Source: a phage. From it: a DNA stretch of 64,000 nucleotides. Shown here piece by piece: positions 10,560-21,252 of the stretch; position 1 is the stretch's first letter, and each line of letters begins with the position of its first letter. The position numbers were made by a program, and so were the translations under genes. The notes below the pieces were generated by a model. That model was not told where the DNA came from and made no database searches. It worked only from the letters and a program-made list of their open reading frames with translations. The DNA is taken from sequence record PX969468.1; one strand, written 5' to 3'.

Positions 10560-10984
10560 TGAGCACACACCCTCGTTTAGTGGACTGGCAAGAAAGATTG
10601 TGGAAAGTGTTTGACGAAGAAGCCACCGTCCCGTTTGAATGGGGATTCCACGATTGCTGCACTTTTGCGGCTAAGTGTGTTGATGCCCAATACGGAACAG
10701 ATTTTCTTTCTAACTTTGAAGGAACGTATAAAACAGAGTTGGAAAGCAAGAGATGGTGCATGCTTCGTTTCAAAACCACACATCTGCCTACTATTTTTGA
10801 TCTCTTTTTGACTCGATTGGATACTCCTAAACAGGTTCAGCGTGGTGATATTGTTATTTTCGAAGGTCTGAACGGGCTCACCGCTGGTGTGTTCTGGAAC
10901 AACCAGATTTGGGCGAAAGGTGATAAAGGGATCTTTATGTTCGACATGAAAGATTCTATCGTTGTTGATGTCTGGAGGTATTAA
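10559..10984 (+). CDS. hypothetical tail-associated protein (possible papain-like Cys motif FEWGFHDCC)
   Basis: TAATG-coupled start at 10559; ORF track start 10547 is TTG; motif FHDCCTF and GDIVIF weakly NlpC/P60-like. Confidence 0.3.
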   Translation: MSTHPRLVDWQERLWKVFDEEATVPFEWGFHDCCTFAAKCVDAQYGTDFLSNFEGTYKTELESKRWCMLRFKTTHLPTIFDLFLTRLDTPKQVQRGDIVIFEGLNGLTAGVFWNNQIWAKGDKGIFMFDMKDSIVVDVWRY

Positions 10985-13900
10985 TGCCAATTGCAATGAT
11001 TGATAACATCGTTGCTTCTGCAAGATCTTCGAGCTATGACTGGAACGCATCCAAGGCAGCTCTGGCTGACAGCCTGAACACTGTTACCACCAGAACCCTT
11101 GATAAGATTTTCGAAGGCAACAAATCTTACAGAAGTCAACAAGATAGACAAAAACTTCTCAGATCTTCTGCTGCACCTTGCTCTGTAGTATATGGGAAGA
11201 CACGTACATCTGGATTGCTTGCGTTTTTAGAGCAGGACAGGGACAGAACCCTTCATTGTGCTATTGTTCTTGCCAATCATCCCTTGGAAGGTATAGAAGA
11301 TATACTTATCGACGGTAATCCTATTTCCTCGTATGGGGATTTGGTATCGTGGGAGTTGCATAACGACAGGAAAACCTCTGATCCTTTCATGGGCACACAC
11401 TGCCCTTCGTGGTCACCAGACATGATAGGTAGAGGGATCAGTTGGCTACGTGCCAGCTTTAAGTTTGACCCTAACAAGTTTCCTTTTGGGTTGCCAAACG
11501 TTACACTTGTCAAGGTTGGTAAAAAATGTTATGATCCTCGTATCAGTAAAGAGGTGTATACCAACAACGCTGCCTTGGTGATTCTGGACTATCTAAGAAC
11601 GTACCTTAAATGTCCTGACGAAACCATCAACTGGGAGTCCTTCAAGGAAGCTGCCAACATATGCGACGAGGCTGTAAAAAACGCGGACGGAACCAGTGAG
11701 CGCCGTTACACCATTAATGGTGAGTTCGACATGGACGAAGCACCAGCAAGTATTATGGCAGAAATGCTGAAGGCTTGTGGTGCAGATCTTAGCTATGTAG
11801 CTGGCAAATACGGTCTGCTGGTAGGTGCATACTATGGCCCGGCAACAATGACACTGAGTGAGGACTGTGTTTGCGGTGAGGTTAAGATCTATCCTGAAGC
11901 CTCCTTCGACAAAAGATCAAACACAATAACTGGGAGATTCACCAGTCCAACCAAAGGGTATTCTGAAACAGACTTCCCATCGGTGTTCGTACCTGAATGG
12001 GTAGAGAAGGACGGAGAAAGAAAGATAATTGATATAGATTATCGTTTTGTTACCAGTCCTTATCAGGCTCAGCGTGTTTCCGCAATATTCTTAAGACGTG
12101 CCAGAGCTGGCAGGATTATTGAAGTAACCTGCAATATGCGGGGTTTTAAATTTAAGCCTGGGCGTTACGTTACGATGGACCTCCCAAGTATTGGTATAGT
12201 GGGCCAAGAAATGAGGGTTCTTGAATGGGAGTTCACCAAAAAGGGCGGTGTCAAGGTAAAACTCCGTCAAGATGCTAAAGAGTGGAATGATGCCACAGGG
12301 CAACTTCCGGATTCTGGAGATGTGGATATTCCGATATCCCCGTCCGGTGTAGCTCAACCGCAAAACTTCAGATACTCTGTTCTTCAAGCTGGGGAAGTAA
12401 CTCATGGTGTTTTGGCTTGGGACAACGTTGGAACTTATGCTCAAAATATTGTGCAGGTAAGAAAGAACGGAGAGATTATTTGGACAGCGCAAACAGTCGA
12501 GCAGTTTGTCCGCGTAGAAGGATTGACCAAAGGGTCATATACAGCAACCGTGGTTGCAACATCTTATAAGGGTGGTGTATCTCCAGAAGCCTACTGCGAG
12601 TTCAACATTCAAGCACCTGAAGCTCCTGTTTCTGTAGAAGTTAAGCAGGGATACTTTGCTATCACCTTGATTCCGCACAGCAGGGACTTAGCAAGTGTAA
12701 GCACCCAGTATGATTTTTGGACATCTGGTATGACAAGGTTGCCTGACACAAGTGATGCAACCGTTACTTCAAAAGCCACCCGTATGGGTGTTGGTTCAAC
12801 TTGGACATCTGAAGGTCTGCAGAACGATAAGATTTATTATTGGTATATTCGAACCACAAACGCTTTTGGTAGTTCTCAGTTTGTAGAATGCGCTGCACGC
12901 TGCTACACCTCTATTGAAGATTTGATGCCTCAGATAGATGCTGAATTTAAAAAGACAGAAACTTATAAAGAGTTGATGAGCACTTTAGATTCCTCTATCG
13001 AGGAGGTTGAAAATCGTGTCATAGAGCTTAACAAGTACATGGACGGAAGGGTAGATGAGGCATTCCAACAACTTGGAGATAGGATAGGTGCGGTAGTTAC
13101 AGAGACAACTCAGAAGTTTGAGGATGTCAATGGAAATATCACAGCTCTGGATAGGAAACTTGTTGCTGCACAGAACAAGTTCACCAACGATCTGAACACT
13201 GAAAGTGGAAGACTGGCATCCCTGATCGAGACAACCAATAAAGCAACCACTGATCTTCTGAACAAAAAGACAGAGGCTTTAGACGAGAAATTGGTTGCAG
13301 CCAAAGGGGAGTTGGTAGAACAAATAAGTGGTGTGGAGAGCGGATACCTTGCCGGAGATAAAACTCTAGATGGCAAGATCAATACCCAGAGAACGGAACT
13401 TGATGCAAGCATCTTAAGCACCAACCAGGCGACAGTGGATCTTCTCAACAGGACATCTGAAACTCTGGATCAAAAGATCAGTCAGACAAACGCGACGGTA
13501 TCTAAGAACTATACCACCCTTGATGGTAAGATAACTACCGCAAAAACTGATCTCAATACCTTGATTGCCAATACCAACAAGGCCACCACAGATTTGTTGA
13601 ATCAGAAAACCTCTGCACTGTCGGAGCAGATAACTTCTGCACGTGGGGAAATTTCTACCAACAAACAGGCGATTAAGGATTTAGATGGGAAGCTGACCTC
13701 CACAAAAACAGCACTGGACGCTACAATCTCCGATACCAACAAAGCAACCGTGGATCTTATTAACGGCACAGCGTCAGCTATTCGTCAAGAACTTGCTGTT
13801 GCTAAGCAGGAGATCATTGATGATGTCGGTGATGTGTCAGAGCTTAGAGCTGCAGTAGCTACAACATCTAAGGCTGTGACAGACTTAGAGGGCAAAGTAA

Positions 13901-14823
13901 ATGCTCAATGGGGCACAAAAATACAGGTAGACTCCGCAGGGAATAAGTATGTGGCAGGTATCCAGTTAGGCATGGAAGGCTCTGGAGGCCAAGTTCAGTC
14001 ATATTTCATGGTTAGCGCAAACAACTTTGCGGTATACAACCCAGGCAATGGAACAGCAACCCTTGCTTTCGCAATCAAGAACAACCAAGCGTTCTTGAAA
14101 GACGCTTTTATAGAGAACGGCACGATCTCTTCTGCCAAGATCGCGCAAGAAATTTCGTCAAACAACTACGATGGCAATGGGTACCACAAATACGGTTGGT
14201 ATATTAACAAGAACGGGCACGCCCAGTTTATGGATGTGTGGGTGAAAGGTAACATCAACGCTAGTGCAGGTAACTTCACAGGGGCAGTTAACGCTACCAG
14301 TGGCACCTTCCGTGGAGATGTTTATGCCAACAATGGTAGCTTTAGAGGAACCATAGATGCAACAGGAGGTACATTCCGTGGACGTGTAGAAGCTTCCGTT
14401 ATCCGTGCTAACCAGTTCGAAGGTGCGATTGTTGCACACAGGACTTACGGAGATTGTGCTCCAGTATACAACTCCCAGCAAAGGGTTTGCCGTTGGAGGT
14501 GGAGATATGTAGATAACGTTTCAGGTCAGGGTAAGAACGTAACATTCTTCTTTAAACTGAATGGTACTCTTGCCAGCTCCCAGCTTAACGTTTGGATAGC
14601 CGGACATCAAATCCTTGCAGGCAAGAAGTACGGAAACGACAACAACGGCATGTGTGCGGTAGGGATAACAGGTCTTGGTGAACAAACTATAGACATTATC
14701 GTCGAGATTTACACACCATGGTCAACGTCAAGTGTGACAGGGGTTACAATATCTTGTCCAACCGTAATAGTTAGTCGTTCAAACTCTAGCCTCCAGGGAC
14801 CTTGGAACGAGTCTCATGACTAA
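10984..14823 (+). CDS. long tail fiber-like protein with internal coiled-coil repeat array and GxFxG-repeat tip
   Basis: 1279 aa; about five ~40-aa repeats (LDGKITT.KT.L...I..TNKATTDLLN.KT.AL) then repeated G(N/T/S)F(T/R)G motifs; TAATG coupling to upstream gene; terminator downstream. Confidence 0.5.
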   Translation: MPIAMIDNIVASARSSSYDWNASKAALADSLNTVTTRTLDKIFEGNKSYRSQQDRQKLLRSSAAPCSVVYGKTRTSGLLAFLEQDRDRTLHCAIVLANHPLEGIEDILIDGNPISSYGDLVSWELHNDRKTSDPFMGTHCPSWSPDMIGRGISWLRASFKFDPNKFPFGLPNVTLVKVGKKCYDPRISKEVYTNNAALVILDYLRTYLKCPDETINWESFKEAANICDEAVKNADGTSERRYTINGEFDMDEAPASIMAEMLKACGADLSYVAGKYGLLVGAYYGPATMTLSEDCVCGEVKIYPEASFDKRSNTITGRFTSPTKGYSETDFPSVFVPEWVEKDGERKIIDIDYRFVTSPYQAQRVSAIFLRRARAGRIIEVTCNMRGFKFKPGRYVTMDLPSIGIVGQEMRVLEWEFTKKGGVKVKLRQDAKEWNDATGQLPDSGDVDIPISPSGVAQPQNFRYSVLQAGEVTHGVLAWDNVGTYAQNIVQVRKNGEIIWTAQTVEQFVRVEGLTKGSYTATVVATSYKGGVSPEAYCEFNIQAPEAPVSVEVKQGYFAITLIPHSRDLASVSTQYDFWTSGMTRLPDTSDATVTSKATRMGVGSTWTSEGLQNDKIYYWYIRTTNAFGSSQFVECAARCYTSIEDLMPQIDAEFKKTETYKELMSTLDSSIEEVENRVIELNKYMDGRVDEAFQQLGDRIGAVVTETTQKFEDVNGNITALDRKLVAAQNKFTNDLNTESGRLASLIETTNKATTDLLNKKTEALDEKLVAAKGELVEQISGVESGYLAGDKTLDGKINTQRTELDASILSTNQATVDLLNRTSETLDQKISQTNATVSKNYTTLDGKITTAKTDLNTLIANTNKATTDLLNQKTSALSEQITSARGEISTNKQAIKDLDGKLTSTKTALDATISDTNKATVDLINGTASAIRQELAVAKQEIIDDVGDVSELRAAVATTSKAVTDLEGKVNAQWGTKIQVDSAGNKYVAGIQLGMEGSGGQVQSYFMVSANNFAVYNPGNGTATLAFAIKNNQAFLKDAFIENGTISSAKIAQEISSNNYDGNGYHKYGWYINKNGHAQFMDVWVKGNINASAGNFTGAVNATSGTFRGDVYANNGSFRGTIDATGGTFRGRVEASVIRANQFEGAIVAHRTYGDCAPVYNSQQRVCRWRWRYVDNVSGQGKNVTFFFKLNGTLASSQLNVWIAGHQILAGKKYGNDNNGMCAVGITGLGEQTIDIIVEIYTPWSTSSVTGVTISCPTVIVSRSNSSLQGPWNESHD
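13080..13810 (+). repeat. in-frame tandem repeat array (coiled-coil repeats) inside fiber gene; boundaries approximate
   Basis: repeated peptide NKATTDLLN/NKATVDLLN/NQATVDLLN at regular ~40-aa spacing. Confidence 0.5.
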
Positions 14824-14829
14824 CAGTAA

Positions 14830-14858
14830 AGCCCCGCTTCGGCGGGGTTTATTTTTAT
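14830..14858 (+). terminator. rho-independent terminator (UUCG tetraloop)
   Basis: agccccgc-ttcg-gcggggtt then tttatttttat after stop at 14821-14823. Confidence 0.7.
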
Positions 14859-14865
14859 GCTCGGA

Positions 14866-14894
14866 TTGACTATTGTTACAAAATTTGGTAAAAT
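14866..14894 (+). promoter_or_regulatory. sigma70-like promoter TTGACT-N17-TAAAAT with TG extension
   Basis: ttgact at 14866-14871, taaaat at 14889-14894, preceded by tg. Confidence 0.5.
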
Positions 14895-14927
14895 ACCTTG
14901 TAGAGATTTTCATACCGGAGGAGTGAC

Positions 14928-16418
14928 GTGGCTAAGTATGGATTGACAGAGGCTGGTTTCGTTATACCAACCCTAAATGACCTAATCGTTGAAACTAAGC
15001 AAAGCCTGATCCGTGCTTTTGGCGAAAACTTCAACGTACAGAGTAACTCCGTTGCAGATAAGCTGACCACTATCTTCAACGAGCGAGAGTATCAACTTAT
15101 TCTTATGGCAGCATCTGTATACGCATCGCAGACGCTGTATGGGGCAGAAGGTATTTACCTGGATGAGCTTCTTGGAAGACAGGGTATTTACCGAAGAGGC
15201 CGTTCTAAATCATCAGGTACCTGCCAGTTGACAATCAACACAACTGTGCCGTACAATATGATTTATGATTCCAAAACTTATACGCTGGACAGTGGCAACT
15301 TTGTTCTTAGCAACGATGTGCAGGTGGCGGGAAATCTTATTGCTCACAGAATAAACGCTCCAGACCTAAGAATTGGGAAATACAACTTTCAAATTACCAA
15401 CCAGACAGACGGAAGTATCAAAACAAAAAGTTTGGTTTTAACAGATAAGGCTCTGGACTCTTCTGATTTGCCAAGCTTTTACGGCGAGATTAAGCAATTC
15501 ATTGTCGATAATACAACCCTGCTGAATGATGATTTAATTCAGATAGATATGTTGACAGGGACGTTGTGGATAGGGTACAATTCGAATCTTGATCAGGTTG
15601 GACTTAATAGCAGGGTAGATTTCAGAGTATCCCCGATTGTAGGGGAAAGAACTATCACCCTAGATGTTATCGCTAACGAGGCTGGTGAGCTGTCAAGAGA
15701 GGCAGAAACCGTGACAACAATGTCACCTACTCCCAGCGGATTTATCAAGCTTACCAACCGAGAAAGATTCAATGAGGGTAGGGATGTTGAGAAAGACTCT
15801 GAGTATCGCTTAAGAGCTTCCAGCACTAAACAGCTGACATCTAAAGCTACCCGTCCTGCAATCCTTAGCGCTGTAAGCGAGGTGAAAGGTGTTGAAAAAG
15901 TAAGAGTGTTCTCTAACAACACCGATAAAACGGATGTGAAAGGTATACCACCTTATAAGTTTCAAGTGGTGGTGTTTGGTGGTGCAACAGAGGATATCTG
16001 TCAGGCGCTGTATCAAACCATAGCTTGCACAAACAGAACTTATGGGAATATCTTCTACGATATTACCACATCAGACGGTCAGACTGAAAGGATTTATTAC
16101 TCCAAGGCAAATACCTACCGCCTAGATGTAAGAATTACCTACTCAGGTGCTGCGCTTTCCACAACCGAAAAAGATGCCATTGTAGAGGCTCTTTTGCAGG
16201 TTGTTAACGGACTGGATGTTGCAGATACGTTGTACAATATCCAATTGGTTGGTGCTGCATCGGCTGCTGTGTCAATAGGCAGATTTAACAGACTTGTAAT
16301 TCAAGTCAAACCTGTGGGGGCCTCTGATGAAGCTTACACTACAAACGATATTGTTGCAAACATGACTGAGGTGTTTGACCTAGACGAAAGTAATATAACT
16401 TTCCAACAAACTATTTAA
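14928..16418 (+). CDS. baseplate J-like protein (P2 gpJ / T4 gp6 family)
   Basis: GTG start with GGAGG RBS; N-terminal pattern (FG...SNSVADKL...ASVYASQTLYGAEGIYLDELLGRQGIYRR) typical of Baseplate_J family. Confidence 0.55.
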   Translation: MAKYGLTEAGFVIPTLNDLIVETKQSLIRAFGENFNVQSNSVADKLTTIFNEREYQLILMAASVYASQTLYGAEGIYLDELLGRQGIYRRGRSKSSGTCQLTINTTVPYNMIYDSKTYTLDSGNFVLSNDVQVAGNLIAHRINAPDLRIGKYNFQITNQTDGSIKTKSLVLTDKALDSSDLPSFYGEIKQFIVDNTTLLNDDLIQIDMLTGTLWIGYNSNLDQVGLNSRVDFRVSPIVGERTITLDVIANEAGELSREAETVTTMSPTPSGFIKLTNRERFNEGRDVEKDSEYRLRASSTKQLTSKATRPAILSAVSEVKGVEKVRVFSNNTDKTDVKGIPPYKFQVVVFGGATEDICQALYQTIACTNRTYGNIFYDITTSDGQTERIYYSKANTYRLDVRITYSGAALSTTEKDAIVEALLQVVNGLDVADTLYNIQLVGAASAAVSIGRFNRLVIQVKPVGASDEAYTTNDIVANMTEVFDLDESNITFQQTI

Positions 16419-16429
16419 GGCGGTGAGAT

Positions 16430-17116
16430 ATGGCAGAGATTAAGTCGGATGTCAACCACATCCACACTCTGCCAGATTTTGTTCAGGGAGGTCTTGATTA
16501 CCTGCCTGGGGATTTTCTGGCTGAGAAGGTTAATTTAGTCACATTCTTAACCGTGTACCTTAAAAGGTTGGAGAATGTTGATAAAATACTGGTAGGCTTG
16601 GCTGAAGGAAGATTGCTTAACAATGCCAGCGGGAGATACCTTGACGAAGTTGGTAATCAACTTGGTATCCTTAGGAATGGTCTTTCAGACGCGGATTTTC
16701 GTGCTACGCTGATTATTCAGCAGGCAGCATCATCAAGAGGTGGTACTCGCGAAGATGTCATCTCCACCTTACGACAGTTGTTCGGAAGAGATAATTTCGA
16801 TACGTGGAAAGGTGACAATTTCAGGTTTGACATAAACATTAGAAAAACTTGCTTTGACATATTGCAGTCTATCGACCAGATCTTAGATATGCTGCCATTG
16901 CCTTGTCATTTGCGTCTTACGGAATCGCAAGGGCAAGCTTTTGGTTTTGAAGGGGACTCTGCAGCTCTCGGCTTCGGATCAGTGTGGGAAGAAAACCAGT
17001 TCGGGGTTGGTGGGTTGGCTACTTTGTTATATGTTCCTGACGTAAGACCTGATTGGGACACCACAACTATTTATTGTGAAAGTATTACAGTAAACGCAAC
17101 TAGACAGGAGGGTTAA
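16430..17116 (+). CDS. baseplate wedge component (DUF2612/gpI-like)
   Basis: follows baseplate J gene; motif GRYLDEVGNQLGILRNGLSDADFRATL resembling DUF2612 baseplate proteins. Confidence 0.4.
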   Translation: MAEIKSDVNHIHTLPDFVQGGLDYLPGDFLAEKVNLVTFLTVYLKRLENVDKILVGLAEGRLLNNASGRYLDEVGNQLGILRNGLSDADFRATLIIQQAASSRGGTREDVISTLRQLFGRDNFDTWKGDNFRFDINIRKTCFDILQSIDQILDMLPLPCHLRLTESQGQAFGFEGDSAALGFGSVWEENQFGVGGLATLLYVPDVRPDWDTTTIYCESITVNATRQEG

Positions 17117-19188
17117 TGGCAATAGCTGTTTTTAAACCTTACCGTGATTACTCTACAATGGCTGCACGGTTTCATTACCGCACAGTTCAAGATACTGCAG
17201 TTCCAGGTAGGGATTATGATCATGTTGAGGGTGATATAACTATTCCGGTTGGGGCAACCAGTATTGAGATTCCTGTAGAAATTGTTGACAAATTGCCAAA
17301 CAGGTTGCCAAGAAGCTTCTTTATGGAGTTTTCATCAAACTCCCAAGGGGTTATGATTGGAACACAAAGAGCGAAATGTACAATAGTTTCAGATGAGAAT
17401 CTTGACAGAATATCTTGGGATACCGTTGAGGAGAGAATGTTTCACCCAAGATACTGGGTTACAACCACACAGCAGACTGAAAGCACCTGTATTGTTGCGG
17501 ATAATAACTGCTGTATTAACCGTTTAGTGTCAAGAACATATGGAGGCATGGCTGGGTGCATTTGGGAAACAGTTGACAAGTATGACCATTTCGGTATTGG
17601 ATTTGATGATCACTACGAGATGAGAAACACCAAGCTTTGGTTCAGAATGTCAATAACCAATGCCAGCAACTTTTCCACCCCTGAAAAGATGATTATGACT
17701 GTAGACCTTGTTGATGGTACAATCATCTATGTTCCTTTAGCTCAATATGCTGTCAGCATCTCAGAGGATAAGAATGTTGCAGAAATTCATATTGATTTCG
17801 AGGACTGCGTCGGGATGGACCAGAACAACAACATGATGGGTGTTGATCCTCGGCAGGTGAGAAGGATTCTAATACCACTTATGCCTAAAGATTGGGTAGG
17901 TAATAGCACAGACCCGAGAACGGAAAATGTAGAGTGTGAGCTGCGTCTAGATCTGCTTCAGCCGGACACAGGCTGGAAAATGATGCAACTTAACAATATC
18001 CAGGTGAAAGAGCACGACGTCGGGATCTGCACAGCATATGACGATATGTGGAACGTATCCCCTTTAAGGGTGTTGAGCAATATCAAGCGCCTTGGCTATA
18101 CCGGAACCATAAATCATTATGTTGGTATGAGTCATTATTATGACTACACATGGTCAGGAACCCAATGGTCTATAAACAAAACAGGGGCTCTAAACGCTGC
18201 AGCTTATAAATGGCATGATGATTTTATGTACAATGCCAAACGACATGACTTCGACGTTATGCAGTCTGTAAGCTTTGAGCTTTATAGCGATGCCTGCCCG
18301 TTGGAATGGACCCAGAGAGACTGGAACGATAACTATGCTAAAACAGGCTATACGCCTTGTAGTTACCTCCTGTCTCCAACCATTGAAGAGGGTATGAATT
18401 TCCTTACTGCGGTATTTAAGAATTTTGCATCAGCCGCTATGAGAAACAACCTGCCAGTGATTATGCAGATTGGTGAACCGTGGTGGTGGTTCAATACCGA
18501 TACTCGTAAGCCTTGTATTTATGACTACCCTACAAAGCAGGCGTTTTATGATGAGACTGGTGAATATGCACTAGACATTGGGACTATTGACGATCCTAAA
18601 ACTGGCGGTGTTTATGACAAGTATGTAGCATTTTGTCGTGGTAAGCTTGGCGCTCGTATTGCAGCCATTTCAAAGGCAATAAAAGCACACGCTGCATCGG
18701 CTCAGATGACAGCTTTACTGTTTTTCCCCACTATTATGGAAACCGAGCTTACGCAAAAACTGAACCTTGCTGACCAATATAAAAAGGAAGCAGGTGCTCT
18801 TGATTTCTTCTGCACTGAGTGCTACGATTGGGTGATGCAGGGAGGTATTGAAAAGGCAAAAGAGTCTGTAAACATACCTATCGTTAAGTTAGGTTGGAAA
18901 CCGTCTGAAATACAATACCTTGCAGGGTTCGTTCCTAGCAAAGAGCTTGCTCCGGTATATGGCTACGACCCAACCAGGAATTACCAAGAATTTTTATGGA
19001 GATGTATTTGCGGAAACATGGCAACCATAGAGTATAGATACCCTGAGGTAAAACAGTATGTGTGGGCATACCCGCAAGTAATGTCTGACAGCATCACTGT
19101 TACCGCTAGAGATTCTACCGTGCTTCATATGGGGCAGGTTGCTCTGAAAGGGTATGTAGAAGATGTTGTCCCGCCAGACTTCTCATAA
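17116..19188 (+). CDS. structural protein with N-terminal Calx-beta-like domain; possible TIM-barrel glycosidase (candidate depolymerase)
   Basis: Calx-beta-like DTAVPGRDYDHVEGDITIPVGATSIEIPVEIVD; later QIGEPWWWFN and FFCTECYDW resemble glycoside hydrolase acid/nucleophile motifs; tentative. Confidence 0.3.
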   Translation: MAIAVFKPYRDYSTMAARFHYRTVQDTAVPGRDYDHVEGDITIPVGATSIEIPVEIVDKLPNRLPRSFFMEFSSNSQGVMIGTQRAKCTIVSDENLDRISWDTVEERMFHPRYWVTTTQQTESTCIVADNNCCINRLVSRTYGGMAGCIWETVDKYDHFGIGFDDHYEMRNTKLWFRMSITNASNFSTPEKMIMTVDLVDGTIIYVPLAQYAVSISEDKNVAEIHIDFEDCVGMDQNNNMMGVDPRQVRRILIPLMPKDWVGNSTDPRTENVECELRLDLLQPDTGWKMMQLNNIQVKEHDVGICTAYDDMWNVSPLRVLSNIKRLGYTGTINHYVGMSHYYDYTWSGTQWSINKTGALNAAAYKWHDDFMYNAKRHDFDVMQSVSFELYSDACPLEWTQRDWNDNYAKTGYTPCSYLLSPTIEEGMNFLTAVFKNFASAAMRNNLPVIMQIGEPWWWFNTDTRKPCIYDYPTKQAFYDETGEYALDIGTIDDPKTGGVYDKYVAFCRGKLGARIAAISKAIKAHAASAQMTALLFFPTIMETELTQKLNLADQYKKEAGALDFFCTECYDWVMQGGIEKAKESVNIPIVKLGWKPSEIQYLAGFVPSKELAPVYGYDPTRNYQEFLWRCICGNMATIEYRYPEVKQYVWAYPQVMSDSITVTARDSTVLHMGQVALKGYVEDVVPPDFS

Positions 19189-19200
19189 TCAGGAGATAAA

Positions 19201-20241
19201 ATGTCAAAACCTAGTTTTCCATTAGAGATTTGGGCAGAGGAGGATCAGGTTCTGCCTAACACCCACAGACAGAACAGGCTACGCCCGATTGATGATTTGT
19301 GGAGAAAAGGTTGGGATCTTGGTCAAAAGCCCTCATGTGAAGAACTTAACTATATTTTCAATATGCTCGGAACTTGGGCAAAATACATTGCTGACGAGCA
19401 GATCCCCGCTCAAGAAGGCCGTTATCTGGTACGCGATAATAACTTGAGTGATCTTTTGAACATCCCTGTTGCCCGTAGAAACCTTGGGATTATTACTAAG
19501 GAAGAGGCAGACGCCAGGTATGTAAAAGTTACAGGTGATACAATGACAGGCCCATTGGGTTTGCAACGTATCAACTTTAAAGCTGCCGAGACAGACAGGG
19601 CTTGGATAGAGACAACTATTGGCCCAGATAAGACAACTCTCGACTTTGGGTTAAGTGATAATATTGGGTCGTTTGATGATGGTGGTACATCTACAGTAGA
19701 TGCGTTTCGTTGGAGATTTCAGCCAACTCAGCCGGATATCAATCCGGAGTTCACTTTGATGTACCTTAACGCGATCACGGCTAACCGTGCGCTGTTGAAA
19801 GTGGTAGGCAATGTTGAAGTTGTCGATAACATGAGGTGCAATAACCTTACTATTAGCAATACAGCAACATTCACCAACTGTAATGTGGCTAGTCAGTTGA
19901 CGGCTGGGTCAGTGTATGTTAATGGTGGTACAAGTTGTGACAGTATGGTTGTAAGAAGTCAGCACTGTGTTGTCGGTAACAGAAATGTGGTGCGCTCTGT
20001 AAATGGAGTGACGGCTAACGGTAACGGTGATGTAACAATCACTATCCCGCAGACAGGTGTGCAAGACATCAGAATCGGTGCAAGACTTGTTGACGGCGTT
20101 TCCGAATCTCCAATTCGCAACGGCTACGTTGTCACAGGCTGGCATTTCGGTGACAAAAAAGAGATGCGTGGTTCAACCTACTGGGCAGGACCTTTACAAA
20201 AACTTGTAAATGGTCAATGGATCACTGTTAATTATGCATAG
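19201..20241 (+). CDS. tail fiber protein (short fiber, copy 1)
   Basis: classic tail-fiber motif ARRNLGIITKEEADARYVKVTGDTMTGPL; followed by Tfa chaperone gene; paralogue of 21253..22299. Confidence 0.7.
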   Translation: MSKPSFPLEIWAEEDQVLPNTHRQNRLRPIDDLWRKGWDLGQKPSCEELNYIFNMLGTWAKYIADEQIPAQEGRYLVRDNNLSDLLNIPVARRNLGIITKEEADARYVKVTGDTMTGPLGLQRINFKAAETDRAWIETTIGPDKTTLDFGLSDNIGSFDDGGTSTVDAFRWRFQPTQPDINPEFTLMYLNAITANRALLKVVGNVEVVDNMRCNNLTISNTATFTNCNVASQLTAGSVYVNGGTSCDSMVVRSQHCVVGNRNVVRSVNGVTANGNGDVTITIPQTGVQDIRIGARLVDGVSESPIRNGYVVTGWHFGDKKEMRGSTYWAGPLQKLVNGQWITVNYA

Positions 20242-20255
20242 ATCGGAGGACTAGC

Positions 20256-20840
20256 ATGAAAATACTTCAAGAGTTTAAACTTTACCAACCGGGATCTGGC
20301 GAATACCACGCCAACAAGGAAACCAAAGAGCTGACCCCTCAAGAGGTTGAGGATTACACCGCATACACTGGGTATTTTTTACGTAATGATGATGGCGATT
20401 GGTATGTGCAGTCACGAACATTACGACAAGAAAATCCGGGTTGTATCTTCCTACTTGTTGACGAGAAGGGAATTCTTAAGACATCTACAGAAGAGCCTGA
20501 TGCCTTATGGCCTGCTCCAGGTCTTCGTGTGGTTATCGCCAAAAAAGAAGAGGTACCAGAAAACATTATGCTTCACCACGACGCTTTGCGTTTAGTTGGT
20601 GATGAATTTGTCACAGATAATGAATTCTTTGTTCAACAGGCAGAGGGTGTCATAGAGACAGAACTTGCTTGGGCTACTGCTAGAATTGGTGCCTATCAAG
20701 ACATGATTGACCTTGAATATGATCTTACTGATGACCAGAAACGTAACATCAGAGATTTGAAAATGTACAGGGTAAAACTTCTTGAAATAGATACATCTAA
20801 AGCCCCTGACATTTTCTTCCCGGAGCGACCTACCCTCTAA
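20256..20840 (+). CDS. tail fiber assembly chaperone (Tfa family)
   Basis: C-terminal YRVKLLEIDTSKAPDIFFPERP matches conserved Tfa/Caudo_TAP C-terminus; immediately downstream of fiber gene. Confidence 0.7.
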   Translation: MKILQEFKLYQPGSGEYHANKETKELTPQEVEDYTAYTGYFLRNDDGDWYVQSRTLRQENPGCIFLLVDEKGILKTSTEEPDALWPAPGLRVVIAKKEEVPENIMLHHDALRLVGDEFVTDNEFFVQQAEGVIETELAWATARIGAYQDMIDLEYDLTDDQKRNIRDLKMYRVKLLEIDTSKAPDIFFPERPTL

Positions 20841-20851
20841 GAGGAGGTGTT

Positions 20852-21166
20852 GTGGAGTTGGATTTGGCGGCATTGTACGGTATCTGCATGGGTACCGTTG
20901 TCCCGATCTGTGTATGGGCTTTCAACCAGTGGCACACCAAATGGAAAGGCATTTCCAAGAGGTTGGATGAACTGGAGAAAGACCTCATCTTAGTGAAAAA
21001 CAGTATGGTTACAAAAGATAAACTTGATTCCGTTATCGAGACCCGGTTAAGCAAGCTAGAGGCCGATATTAACGACCTTAAGCAGGATGTCAGGACAGAT
21101 GTCTCCGGCATCCGAGCTGATGTACAAAAGATTTTGCACATGCTTGTAGAGCATAGTAAAAGGTAA
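20852..21166 (+). CDS. small membrane-anchored coiled-coil protein
   Basis: GTG start after AGGAGG; N-terminal hydrophobic helix (LYGICMGTVVPICVWAF) then coiled coil. Confidence 0.3.
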   Translation: MELDLAALYGICMGTVVPICVWAFNQWHTKWKGISKRLDELEKDLILVKNSMVTKDKLDSVIETRLSKLEADINDLKQDVRTDVSGIRADVQKILHMLVEHSKR

Positions 21167-21196
21167 ACAAAGGTCAGGACGGAAAGGACTCCGTTC

Positions 21197-21225
21197 TTGC
21201 ATTTTGTTTCCTAAAGTGTTAAAAT
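21197..21225 (+). promoter_or_regulatory. sigma70-like promoter TTGCAT-N17-TAAAAT with TG extension, upstream of second fiber paralogue
   Basis: ttgcat 21197-21202, taaaat 21220-21225; preceded by weak hairpin plus T-run at about 21177-21196. Confidence 0.45.
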
Positions 21226-21252
21226 AGTCCTAAGGAATTTTCTCAGGAGAAC

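Noticed and set aside
9416-14823. Lambda-type gpL/gpK/gpI/gpJ tail-tip module
   Set aside because: Only size order and one short motif fit; no gpL Cys cluster and no JAB/MPN motifs; the fourth protein has fiber-like repeats rather than a gpJ-like body. Left as hypothetical tail proteins.
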